Source: Candidatus Hadarchaeota archaeon (GTDB lineage: Archaea > CAYQAE01 > CAYVLA01). Taken from it: a stretch of 16,270 bases of DNA. Under the pieces are notes generated by a model that worked only from the letters and a program-made list of their open reading frames with translations, was not told where the DNA came from and ran no database searches. Numbering within the stretch: position 1 is the stretch's first letter; each line of letters starts with the position of its first letter. Shown here piece after piece: positions 6,482 through 13,890 of the stretch. The stretch spans positions 1-16,270 of the forward strand of contig CAYVLA010000070.1 of NCBI GenBank assembly GCA_964452145.1. Direction: 5' to 3'. The position numbers were made by a program, and so were the translations under genes.

Positions 6482-8601
6482 GGTTCTCCTCCGATCTCTC
6501 TATCTCCAGCCACGGTGGCCCTGACGTCCACGGCCAGACATCCTCTCTCGTAGGCGAAGAGGGGATTGATCTCCATTTCGACTATCTCCTCGAAGCGAAT
6601 CATTATTCGGGACAGCTGAATCATCACCTGTACTATCGATTCGACATCGGACGGGGCTTGCCCCCTAACGCCGCTGAGGAGAGCGTATGCCTTGGTCCCT
6701 TGTATCATCTGCCTTGCCTCCGTCTCCGTCAGGGGCGCAAGGCCGTAGGAGACATCTCGCAGGAAGTTCACATATATGCCCCCAAGGCCAAACATGATCA
6801 GCGGCCCGAACTGCGGGTCCCTGACCGCGCCCACGATGACCTCCTTTCCCGCCGGGTACATCCTTTGCACAAGAACGCCTCTTATGGTTGCCTGGGGCAT
6901 GGCAAGCCTCATCTTCTGGAGCATGCGGTCGTAGTTCTCCTCGACCTCATCCCGACTCCCCACGTTCAGAACGACTCCCCCAAGATCGGTCTTGTGGACT
7001 ATCTCGGGCGAGACGATCTTCATCACGACCGGGTAGCCGATCTCATCGGCGGTTCTTGCTGCTTCATCTTTGCTGGTGGCCACGCGAGCCTTGGGAATGG
7101 GCATGCCGTAGGCATGGGCCAGGGCCAATGACTCCTCGATCGTGAGGTTTCGCCGCCCCTGTCTGCGGACGGCATCAATGATGCTCTGTGCCTTCTTTTC
7201 ATCTGCCGAGGAATCCGCGGGTATCCGTTCCGGCCTCCTCTTGGCGATCTCACCGTACTCCACCATGGAGCCCAATGCCATCGCCGCTTGCTCGGGGAAG
7301 TGGTAGTTGGGTATGTTGTTTCTGCGCAGGGTCTGGATCGCCGCGGAGGCGTCAGCCAGACCCATGAACGCTGCAAGCATCGGTTTCGACGGGCACTTCG
7401 CCGCGGCCTCAGCGACGACCTGGGCGATCCGGGCATCGGGCGTCATGGCCTGAGGCGTTAGGACGACGATGATCGCATCGATGTTGGCGCTTTCCGCAGC
7501 GGCATCGAGCGCGAGGGAGTAACGAACCTCATCAGCGTCCCCCAGGACATCCAGAGGGTTGTGCACGCTGGCTTGCGGAGGAAGCTTGCTCCTCAGCTTC
7601 TCCATTGCCGTGTACTCAAGCAGTGGCAGTTCCAAGCCCGCCTTCTCGCAAGCATCGGCTGCGAGTATGCCCGGCCCTCCACCGTTGGTCGCTATGAGGA
7701 CGCTTCTTCCTGCGGGGATTGGCTGGGCTTCCAAGGCAAGAATGAGGTTGAAGAGCTCCTCGAGCGTGTTCATCCGGAGGATGCCTGCCTTTCGGAAGGC
7801 TGCAGAGAAGGAGGCGTCGGATCCTGCCAGAGATCCTGTGTGCGATGAGACGGCCCTGATGCCCACATCCGTTGTCCCGGCCTTGAGAGCTATGATGGGC
7901 TTGTGTCTGGAGACCTTTCTCGCAACCTGGATGAACTTGGACCCGTTCCTCACCCCCTCCAGATACAGGGCTATGACCTTGGTCCTGCCATCCTCGGCCA
8001 TGGCCTCAACGAAATCGGCGGCGTCGAGGTCGGCCTCGTTTCCCAGGCTCACGAACGTGGTCAGACCGACATCGTTATGGATTGCCCAGTTCAGAATCGT
8101 GCTTCCAAGGGCTCCGCTTTGCGAGATGAAGGCAACGTTCCCCAGCGGAGGATTGGAAGAGGCGAAGGAGGCGTTCAGTCTGGTCTGAACGTCGATCACG
8201 CCAAGGCAGTTGGGTCCCTGCATCCTCATCCCGTGCTTCTTACAAACGTCCACAAGCTGTCGCTCCAGAGCGGTGCCTTCCCTGCCAGTTTCGCTGAAGC
8301 CTGCCGAGATGACCACGAGGGATCTCACTCCCTTCCTGCCGCACTCCTCTGCCACTGTGGGAACCACTCGTGCCGGGACGCAGAGGATGGCCAGATCGAT
8401 GTCGCCCGGAACCTCAAGGATGCTTGGGTGACACCTCCGTCCCAGTATCTCGGTTGCCTCGGGGTTGATGGGGTAGACCGTTCCTTGGTATCCGCCCTCC
8501 AGTACGTTCTTCAAGATCCGGTGGCCAACCTTGGCTGGGTCTCGACTTGCACCTATCAGGGCCAGCGATCTCGGCTTAAGCAGACTCTCAAGCTTCATCA
8601 T
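6478..8601 (-). CDS. acd: Acetate/acyl-CoA ligase (ADP-forming), fused alpha-beta
   Basis: CoA-binding N-terminus (PRSLALIGAS, YPINP, ISAGFSE, GPNCLG), SQSGALG, SLGNEAD, phospho-His motif SSHTGSLAG, TNGGGPG, NPLDVLGD; ATP-grasp beta domain with YPVVMKIVSPEIVHKTDLGGV, DPQFGP and EMEINPL. Confidence 0.95.
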   Translation of the reverse strand: MMKLESLLKPRSLALIGASRDPAKVGHRILKNVLEGGYQGTVYPINPEATEILGRRCHPSILEVPGDIDLAILCVPARVVPTVAEECGRKGVRSLVVISAGFSETGREGTALERQLVDVCKKHGMRMQGPNCLGVIDVQTRLNASFASSNPPLGNVAFISQSGALGSTILNWAIHNDVGLTTFVSLGNEADLDAADFVEAMAEDGRTKVIALYLEGVRNGSKFIQVARKVSRHKPIIALKAGTTDVGIRAVSSHTGSLAGSDASFSAAFRKAGILRMNTLEELFNLILALEAQPIPAGRSVLIATNGGGPGILAADACEKAGLELPLLEYTAMEKLRSKLPPQASVHNPLDVLGDADEVRYSLALDAAAESANIDAIIVVLTPQAMTPDARIAQVVAEAAAKCPSKPMLAAFMGLADASAAIQTLRRNNIPNYHFPEQAAMALGSMVEYGEIAKRRPERIPADSSADEKKAQSIIDAVRRQGRRNLTIEESLALAHAYGMPIPKARVATSKDEAARTADEIGYPVVMKIVSPEIVHKTDLGGVVLNVGSRDEVEENYDRMLQKMRLAMPQATIRGVLVQRMYPAGKEVIVGAVRDPQFGPLIMFGLGGIYVNFLRDVSYGLAPLTETEARQMIQGTKAYALLSGVRGQAPSDVESIVQVMIQLSRIMIRFEEIVEMEINPLFAYERGCLAVDVRATVAGDREIGGEP

Positions 8602-8670
8602 GGTGCCTCTTCAGGGTTGGGCATGCTGAAAGGGGTCGAAGTATTCCTCGATGCGTGCCCCTTGCTGGGG

Positions 8671-8688
8671 CATATAATTCTTTTCCGT
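8671..8688 (-). promoter_or_regulatory. Putative archaeal BRE-TATA promoter of the acd operon (CGGAAAAGAATTATATG)
   Basis: Purine-rich BRE-like GAAAAG directly upstream of TTATAT on the minus strand; about 70 nt before ATG 8601, which has a GAGG RBS at 8606-8609. Confidence 0.6.
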
Positions 8689-8713
8689 GTGAGGTGAGGA
8701 GTGAGGTGTGAGG
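8689..8713 (+). repeat. Four GTGAGG direct repeats between divergent promoters
   Basis: GTGAGG at 8689, 8694, 8701 and 8708. Confidence 0.8.
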
Positions 8714-8773
8714 CGTGGCGAGTTCTCGGGGATGGGAAGTGCTTTGAGATTCCGTGCTGAACAGCTTGCCTAT

Positions 8774-8817
8774 GGAAGAACTAATATTTCCCCCAAGCAT
8801 GCGCACAAAGCGGTGAG
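8774..8817 (+). promoter_or_regulatory. Putative promoter (GGAAGAAC-TAATATTT) and RBS (GGTGAG) of the CoA-transferase-GNAT gene
   Basis: Purine-rich stretch followed by an AT box at 8782-8789, about 30 nt before GTG 8821; GGTGAG at 8812-8817. Confidence 0.5.
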
Positions 8818-8820
8818 AAG

Positions 8821-10680
8821 GTGTCCGAGACGCGTCTCCGGGAAAGACCCTACACTGACAAGCGGGTTGGTCTCCAGGAGGCTCTTGACTTCATCAAGAC
8901 TGGCAATCACATCTTCATAGGTTCAGCCTGTGGCGAGCCACAGTACCTGGTCAACGGTCTGGTCGAACTGGGTAGCCATCTGGCGGACAACGAGATCATG
9001 CACGTACACACCCTGGGCGTGGCACCGTATGCCAACCCGAGGTACTCCGGCAGATTCCGACTCAACGCCTTCTTCGTCGGGATAAACACCCGGGAGGCTG
9101 TCGCGGAGGGGAGGGCAGACTATACGCCCGTGTTTCTTTCCGATCTTCCAAATCTGGTCGCCCGAGGCATGGTGCCGATCGACGTTGCCCTGATCCAGGT
9201 GACGCCGCCCGACGAGCACGGTTACTGCAGCTTGGGCGTCTCGGTTGAGATGACCAAGACGGCTTCGGAGCATGCCGAGCTCGTGATAGCCCAGGTGAAC
9301 AAGCATATGCCCCGGGTTCTCGGAGACAGCTTCATCCATCAGAGCGAGATCGACGTGATCGTCGAGCACGACGAGCCGATCCTGGAGTCGCCGCGGCCGG
9401 AACAGGACATCGTCTCGGAGAGGATAGCCAGATACGTCTCGGAAATGGTGGAAGATGAGTCGACGCTTCAGATCGGGATAGGCAGCGTGCCTGATGCGGT
9501 TCTAGATTCCCTAAGAGAAAAGCGTGACCTTGGGATACACACCGAACTGCTGACCGAGGGCGTAGTCGATCTGGTCGAGGCGGGGGCCGTTACCTGCTCT
9601 AAGAAGACGCTGAACAGAGGCAAGATCATAGCCTCCTTTGCCATGGGAACCCGCCGCCTTTACGACTTCATCGACAACAACCCAATGGTGGAGTTCTACG
9701 AATCCAGCTACGTCAACGATCCGTTCGTCGTCGCCCAACATGATCACATGGTGGCGATAAACCAGGCCCTTGAGATCGACTTGACGGGCCAGGTTTGTTC
9801 AGACTCCCTGGGCTATCGCTTCTACAGCGGACTTGGGGGGCAGGCTGACTTCATGCGGGGCGCAAGGCTGTCAAAAGGAGGCAAGGCCATCACCGTCCTG
9901 CCCTCGACTGCAAAGGAGGGAACCATCTCGCGCATTCGATCGCTTCTCAGCGAGGGGGCAGGCGTTGTCCTGACCCGGGGTGACTGTGACTACGTCGTTT
10001 CGGAGTACGGATCCACCTCTCTCAGAGGCAAGACAATACGGGAACGGGCATTGGCCCTTATGAACATCGCTCACCCCAGATTCCGCAACGAACTGCTCCA
10101 ATGGGCCAAACAGCATAGCTACGTCCCACCCGAGGTTCTTCCGTTCCCCGAGATAGAATACCCTTGCGAGTTTGAGAAGACGATCAAGCTCAAAGACGAC
10201 ACCGAGGTGGTCCTTCGCCCGATAAGGCCCTCGGATGCCACGATGAAGCAGCATCTCTTCTATGCCCTCTCCAAGGAGGCTGTGGTCAAGCGGTACCTCG
10301 GATACCTCAAGGCCATGCCCCTCAAACGCGTATGGCCTTACGTCACCGTGGACTACGAGAATGAGATGAACATCGTTGCCACGGTGAAGGAGGAAGGCAT
10401 GGAGAGCCTTATCGGCATGGGCAGCTACGTCCGCGTGCCCAACACCCAGACCGCCGAGGTCGCGCTCGTGGTGAGGGATGACTGGCAGAACAAGGGTCTG
10501 GGAAGCAAGCTTCTGGAGCACCTGATCGATGTCGCAAGGCAGAAAGGCTTCGATGGCTTCACGGCTTGGGTTCTGGCCACCAACACCGGCATGATGCACA
10601 TTTTCAAGAAGCTCGGCCACAGGGTCGAGTACAGAATGGAAGGCGACGTGTATCACGTCAACGTAGATTTCAAGAAGTGA
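8821..10680 (+). CDS. Family I CoA-transferase (4-hydroxybutyrate CoA-transferase/acetyl-CoA hydrolase type) fused to a C-terminal GNAT acetyltransferase domain
   Basis: GRADYTP, DVALIQVTPPDEHGYCSLGVSV, TLQIGIG, LGIHTE (catalytic Glu region), SGLGGQADFMRGA, DYVVSEYG...LRGKTIRERA; from about nt 10189 LKDDTEVVLRPIRPSD...AEVALVVRDDWQNKGLGSKLL (GNAT motif A)...VLATNTGMMHIFKKLG. Confidence 0.93.
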   Translation: MSETRLRERPYTDKRVGLQEALDFIKTGNHIFIGSACGEPQYLVNGLVELGSHLADNEIMHVHTLGVAPYANPRYSGRFRLNAFFVGINTREAVAEGRADYTPVFLSDLPNLVARGMVPIDVALIQVTPPDEHGYCSLGVSVEMTKTASEHAELVIAQVNKHMPRVLGDSFIHQSEIDVIVEHDEPILESPRPEQDIVSERIARYVSEMVEDESTLQIGIGSVPDAVLDSLREKRDLGIHTELLTEGVVDLVEAGAVTCSKKTLNRGKIIASFAMGTRRLYDFIDNNPMVEFYESSYVNDPFVVAQHDHMVAINQALEIDLTGQVCSDSLGYRFYSGLGGQADFMRGARLSKGGKAITVLPSTAKEGTISRIRSLLSEGAGVVLTRGDCDYVVSEYGSTSLRGKTIRERALALMNIAHPRFRNELLQWAKQHSYVPPEVLPFPEIEYPCEFEKTIKLKDDTEVVLRPIRPSDATMKQHLFYALSKEAVVKRYLGYLKAMPLKRVWPYVTVDYENEMNIVATVKEEGMESLIGMGSYVRVPNTQTAEVALVVRDDWQNKGLGSKLLEHLIDVARQKGFDGFTAWVLATNTGMMHIFKKLGHRVEYRMEGDVYHVNVDFKK

Positions 10681-10697
10681 GTCGATCCGGGTTCCGA

Positions 10698-11189
10698 TCA
10701 GGAAGCTTGCGGTTTGCCTGAAGCGCACGCTTGGCTGTACTGTTGGAGGGTGCCCCACCTTTCGATCCCGTCATGTCGGTTGGACGTGGAATGGAAGTGA
10801 ACCCAGATGGTTGACCGATCCAGTTCCGGGTGCAAGTCGTAGAGGGATCGGTCTCCGCAGCGAAGAGCCTCTAGGACCAATGGCATCTCCCTTCTCAGTA
10901 TGCGGTCCCGCCAAGCAGCCCTGCCGAAGACAAGGCCCCCGCTGACATGGCAATGAACGTGCAGAGATGGTTCGTTCTCATCGATCCTCCACTCCGCGAT
11001 CACCTCATCCCTCATCAAACGAGTGTACAGGCCCGAGATCTGCCCACGGTCGTAGTCCGGCCCTATGGTCAGGAAGAGTTCGCCCGTCCTGTCGGAGTGT
11101 GTCAGCGTATAGCGCCGCGGATGGATTGGGCCGTGCTCATCGACGCCATGCAGGTAGACCACGTGCAGCTTGTCGCGGCTAAGCCTCAA
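10698..11189 (-). CDS. Stay-green (SGR) family protein, putative tetrapyrrole Mg-dechelatase homologue; start reassigned to TTG 11189
   Basis: KLHV, PRRYTLTHSDRTGELFLTIG, RDEVIAEW, LHVHCHVSGG, EMPLVLEA..GD and VHFHS are the Staygreen motifs. TTG 11189 follows a G-rich RBS-like tract and removes the overlap with the upstream gene (stop at 11215); 163 aa. Confidence 0.92.
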   Translation of the reverse strand: MRLSRDKLHVVYLHGVDEHGPIHPRRYTLTHSDRTGELFLTIGPDYDRGQISGLYTRLMRDEVIAEWRIDENEPSLHVHCHVSGGLVFGRAAWRDRILRREMPLVLEALRCGDRSLYDLHPELDRSTIWVHFHSTSNRHDGIERWGTLQQYSQACASGKPQAS

Positions 11190-11214
11190 CCCCTTACCCC
11201 CACGGGATCTGCGA

Positions 11215-12288
11215 TCAGGTGCTCTGCCGAGATCGTGAAAGGCCCGCATCGCGAGGCCGTGCCTCAAGGCCCCCAATGATCATGCAGAGGGCAGATATCG
11301 TCAGGAGTGCGAAGCCCTCGGCAACCGGTGAGTACGCATACCCGATCTCATCCTGCGTGTCGGAGCAGTACCACATGGAGTAGCGTTCGTCCTCCAGAAG
11401 CAACCTCGGGAACCACACCTTGGCATCCCAGTCCCCGGGGCTGCCGCGGAGAACTGGATTCCCTGCAACCCTGATCCACGCTATGCCGTCATGCGAGCTG
11501 GCGTAGCAGATGGTCCAGTTGACGTTGATGCCCCTGTACCACATCTCGTAGCCTCTCGATGTTTTCAGCACGCAGGGCCCTCTCACAGTAACCGCATCGG
11601 CGCCCTCCCGGGATGGAATCAGTACCGGATTGGCGTGATGTTTGGTCCAGGCTATTCCATCAAGGGAGGTCGCATAGCCGATTGAGTACGAGGTAGTGCG
11701 ATTGTAGGCAGTGTACCACATCTTGAGGACCCCGTCATCCAAGATGACGCATGGATCCGCGACGCCGCTTCCATCGTACCAGTCGGGCCCGGGAACCATT
11801 ACGGGGTTCCCAGCGTACTTGGCCCACCGGATGCCGTCCGGGGATGTCGCCAGACATATCGTCCAAGAGTTGCTGGAGTCCATGCCCGTGTACCACATCC
11901 TGTAACCGAACTCATCCCGTAGGATGGTTGGACCGAAGATGAAGGCGCTGTCGTATTCCCCAGGTCCGGGGAGAAGGATGGGATTCCGGGGATCTTTGTC
12001 CCAGTGCAATCCATCCTGGGATGTCGCCAGACCCAAAGCATGTACGGAACCATTGCCAGCATCGTACCACATCCTGTACACGCCTTGCTCCCACAGGACA
12101 GTGCAGGAGGTGATCTGTAGGCTATCCCAGCTTCCAGGGGGCCCCTTTGCAAGGACTGGATTGCCCTGGTACTTGACCCACTCAAGCTGGCATGCTGCTC
12201 TCGGAAGGAGCAACGAAGCCACAATCAGGCAACCGAGGGCGAAAGGCCTTCTCACGCGAGGTGATCGTGCTCTGGAGATAGGATTCAC
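11215..12288 (-). CDS. Secreted, C-terminally anchored five-bladed beta-propeller (GH43/32/68/130-clan-like fold); start reassigned to GTG 12288
   Basis: Basic plus hydrophobic signal (RRPFALGCLIVASLLLPRAA), five ~58-aa repeats W-x-K/R...NP(V/I)L...D...(P/C)..MWY...I..A.S.DG, then hydrophobic FALLTISALCMIIGGL and a basic tail. Confidence 0.82.
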   Translation of the reverse strand: MNPISRARSPRVRRPFALGCLIVASLLLPRAACQLEWVKYQGNPVLAKGPPGSWDSLQITSCTVLWEQGVYRMWYDAGNGSVHALGLATSQDGLHWDKDPRNPILLPGPGEYDSAFIFGPTILRDEFGYRMWYTGMDSSNSWTICLATSPDGIRWAKYAGNPVMVPGPDWYDGSGVADPCVILDDGVLKMWYTAYNRTTSYSIGYATSLDGIAWTKHHANPVLIPSREGADAVTVRGPCVLKTSRGYEMWYRGINVNWTICYASSHDGIAWIRVAGNPVLRGSPGDWDAKVWFPRLLLEDERYSMWYCSDTQDEIGYAYSPVAEGFALLTISALCMIIGGLEARPRDAGLSRSRQST

Positions 12289-12310
12289 CTTGGCAGGGAC
12301 ACTCGGATAG

Positions 12311-12320
12311 GTTATTAAAT
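12311..12320. promoter_or_regulatory. Putative bidirectional TATA box (TTATTAAA / TTTAATAA)
   Basis: Single AT tract 12312-12319 lying about 24 nt from in-frame GTG 12288 (minus) and about 22 nt from in-frame GTG 12341 (plus). Confidence 0.55.
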
Positions 12321-12334
12321 GGGACAGCGTCACC

Positions 12335-13648
12335 ATGACGGTGAGATGGATATTCTCCGGGATTCACGATCGGGCCGGGGTGATCCTGTGGGTTGCTCTT
12401 GTCCTGCTGATCACTTTCTCCATCCCCGCCAAGGCACAGAGTTCGGGCACGGTCAAGGTCATGGTGGCCGGGGTGGAGGGCCTCATCAACCTTGCATCTG
12501 CATGGCTCGAGGCCGACCCGTTAACCGATCCCCGGGCCATTCCTGCAAGAGCCCAGGACAGCTCGTGGACCGGCGAGCAGGTACGGAAGTTCGTCCGCAT
12601 CTACTTCCCTCGCACCTACGAGGAGATGATTCAGTTTGGCTACATCATGCTCAACAGCATCGAGGTCTGGGTCTTCACGGATCGACAGCTGAAGATGATG
12701 CACGACTCGATCTGTGAAGATGGGCTGGGAGGCATGCAGGAGAGAAGCGTCATGAGCATGCACAGCTACATCTCGATTCCTTGGGCGGAATCCATCCTCA
12801 GCGATGCCTTCCCGAACGACGCCGATGCGGTGGTCTCTATCGACTACACTCTGCACCAACACCCAATGAGGGTAGTCATCAACACCAATGAGAACGTGCC
12901 TCCCGTATTCAAACCCTACAAGTATCTGGCCGGCGTCGAGTACTCGTTCGGCGGTGCCTACGGGACGAATCTCGCGATACCCAAACCTGGTGCAGTGGTC
13001 ACCTCCTACTCCGTGGGCCCATATGCTTACGGGTATGCGGGCGCGCTAGCCGATCCCGGCTTCAAGAGCCCTGGCTGGATCCCGCATACAATGTACTGGA
13101 GGTACGGGAACGGGACGACATGGACCCACCAGGATCTCATCGGCATGTACTGGAATACCCAGTACAACCCATACGCCCCCGACATGATCCTGGCCGAGAT
13201 CATCTTCAGCACCGGTAGAGATCTGCCCGACGACGTGGTGCTTGTCCACCGCCTGCGATCCAAGTTCTCAGACTACGCCTCATCGCGCGGCTACGTCACG
13301 GCCTTGATGGACTTCATAGACAGGTTCGGTGCCAATGTGGCCCCGATCGCAGGCCGCTTGGCCGAGATAGGCAGAGGCGTTGGTGAGGCAAGGCAACTGT
13401 ATCTGGACCAGCAGTACGCCGAATCCTCGGTGTCGATGGACATAGTCGCCCGTGAGTTCGACGACCTTCGGGAGATGGCTCTGAGGCTGAAGGATCGGGC
13501 CCTGCTCTGGATTTATCTGGTTGAGTGGTCGGTCGTGAGCGGAGTATCGCTCTTAACAGGTCTCGCGACCTGGAGCCTCATGGTCCGGAGAAGGCTCTAC
13601 AGGGATGTGTCTGCTACGCGTCTCACCTCTTCTCGGCCTTTCCGCTGA
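12335..13648 (+). CDS. Uncharacterised single-pass surface protein (signal peptide, alpha/beta domain, helical stalk, C-terminal TM and basic tail); start may be GTG 12341
   Basis: Signal VILWVALVLLITFSIPAKA; amphipathic helical region; C-terminal LLWIYLVEWSVVSGVSLLTGLATWSLMVRRRLYR; clear paralogue of 15330..16270. Confidence 0.85.
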   Translation: MTVRWIFSGIHDRAGVILWVALVLLITFSIPAKAQSSGTVKVMVAGVEGLINLASAWLEADPLTDPRAIPARAQDSSWTGEQVRKFVRIYFPRTYEEMIQFGYIMLNSIEVWVFTDRQLKMMHDSICEDGLGGMQERSVMSMHSYISIPWAESILSDAFPNDADAVVSIDYTLHQHPMRVVINTNENVPPVFKPYKYLAGVEYSFGGAYGTNLAIPKPGAVVTSYSVGPYAYGYAGALADPGFKSPGWIPHTMYWRYGNGTTWTHQDLIGMYWNTQYNPYAPDMILAEIIFSTGRDLPDDVVLVHRLRSKFSDYASSRGYVTALMDFIDRFGANVAPIAGRLAEIGRGVGEARQLYLDQQYAESSVSMDIVAREFDDLREMALRLKDRALLWIYLVEWSVVSGVSLLTGLATWSLMVRRRLYRDVSATRLTSSRPFR

Positions 13649-13763
13649 CTTCTCGACGCGACATCGTGAGGGCGGGTCGGGTGTTTGCCGGAATCATGGG
13701 TGGCCATGCACCACCGGCCATGGTGGTCTGTGATTGGGGGGACCGTGCCTCGATTCCAGGCAG

Positions 13764-13860
13764 GCTAGTCCGCCAACCCAGTCATAAGCGGACTTTCCGC
13801 CGGATTCGGCCTATGCCGTTCGTCTTGACGCGCTAGACCGCCAACCAAGTTATAAGCGGA
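13764..13860 (+). repeat. Two 29-bp direct repeats (26/29 identical) separated by 39 bp
   Basis: GCTAGTCCGCCAACCCAGTCATAAGCGGA (13764-13792) and GCTAGACCGCCAACCAAGTTATAAGCGGA (13832-13860); the second copy contains TTATAAG at 13850-13856. Confidence 0.9.
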
Positions 13861-13890
13861 TCCAGTTCTACCGGCAGGTTCAAGCCAGCC

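Noticed and set aside
5411..8697. Plus-strand ORFs 5411-6061, 6397-7131, 7559-8188 and 7903-8697
   Set aside because: Lie opposite the DRTGG and ACD genes; composition typical of reverse-frame translations.
9871..10758. 295-aa minus-strand ORF
   Set aside because: Antisense to the CoA-transferase-GNAT gene; no family features.
11190..11276. N-terminal extension of the SGR ORF given in the ORF track
   Set aside because: Overlaps the 3' end of the propeller gene and precedes the point where Staygreen similarity begins; TTG 11189 has an RBS-like tract.
13525..13836. 103-aa plus-strand ORF
   Set aside because: Overlaps the 3' end of the surface-protein gene in another frame and runs through the repeat region; no coding signal.
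13764..13860. Calling the repeat pair a CRISPR array
   Set aside because: Only two imperfect copies, no further copy at the 68-bp period on either side, no cas genes and no AT-rich leader.
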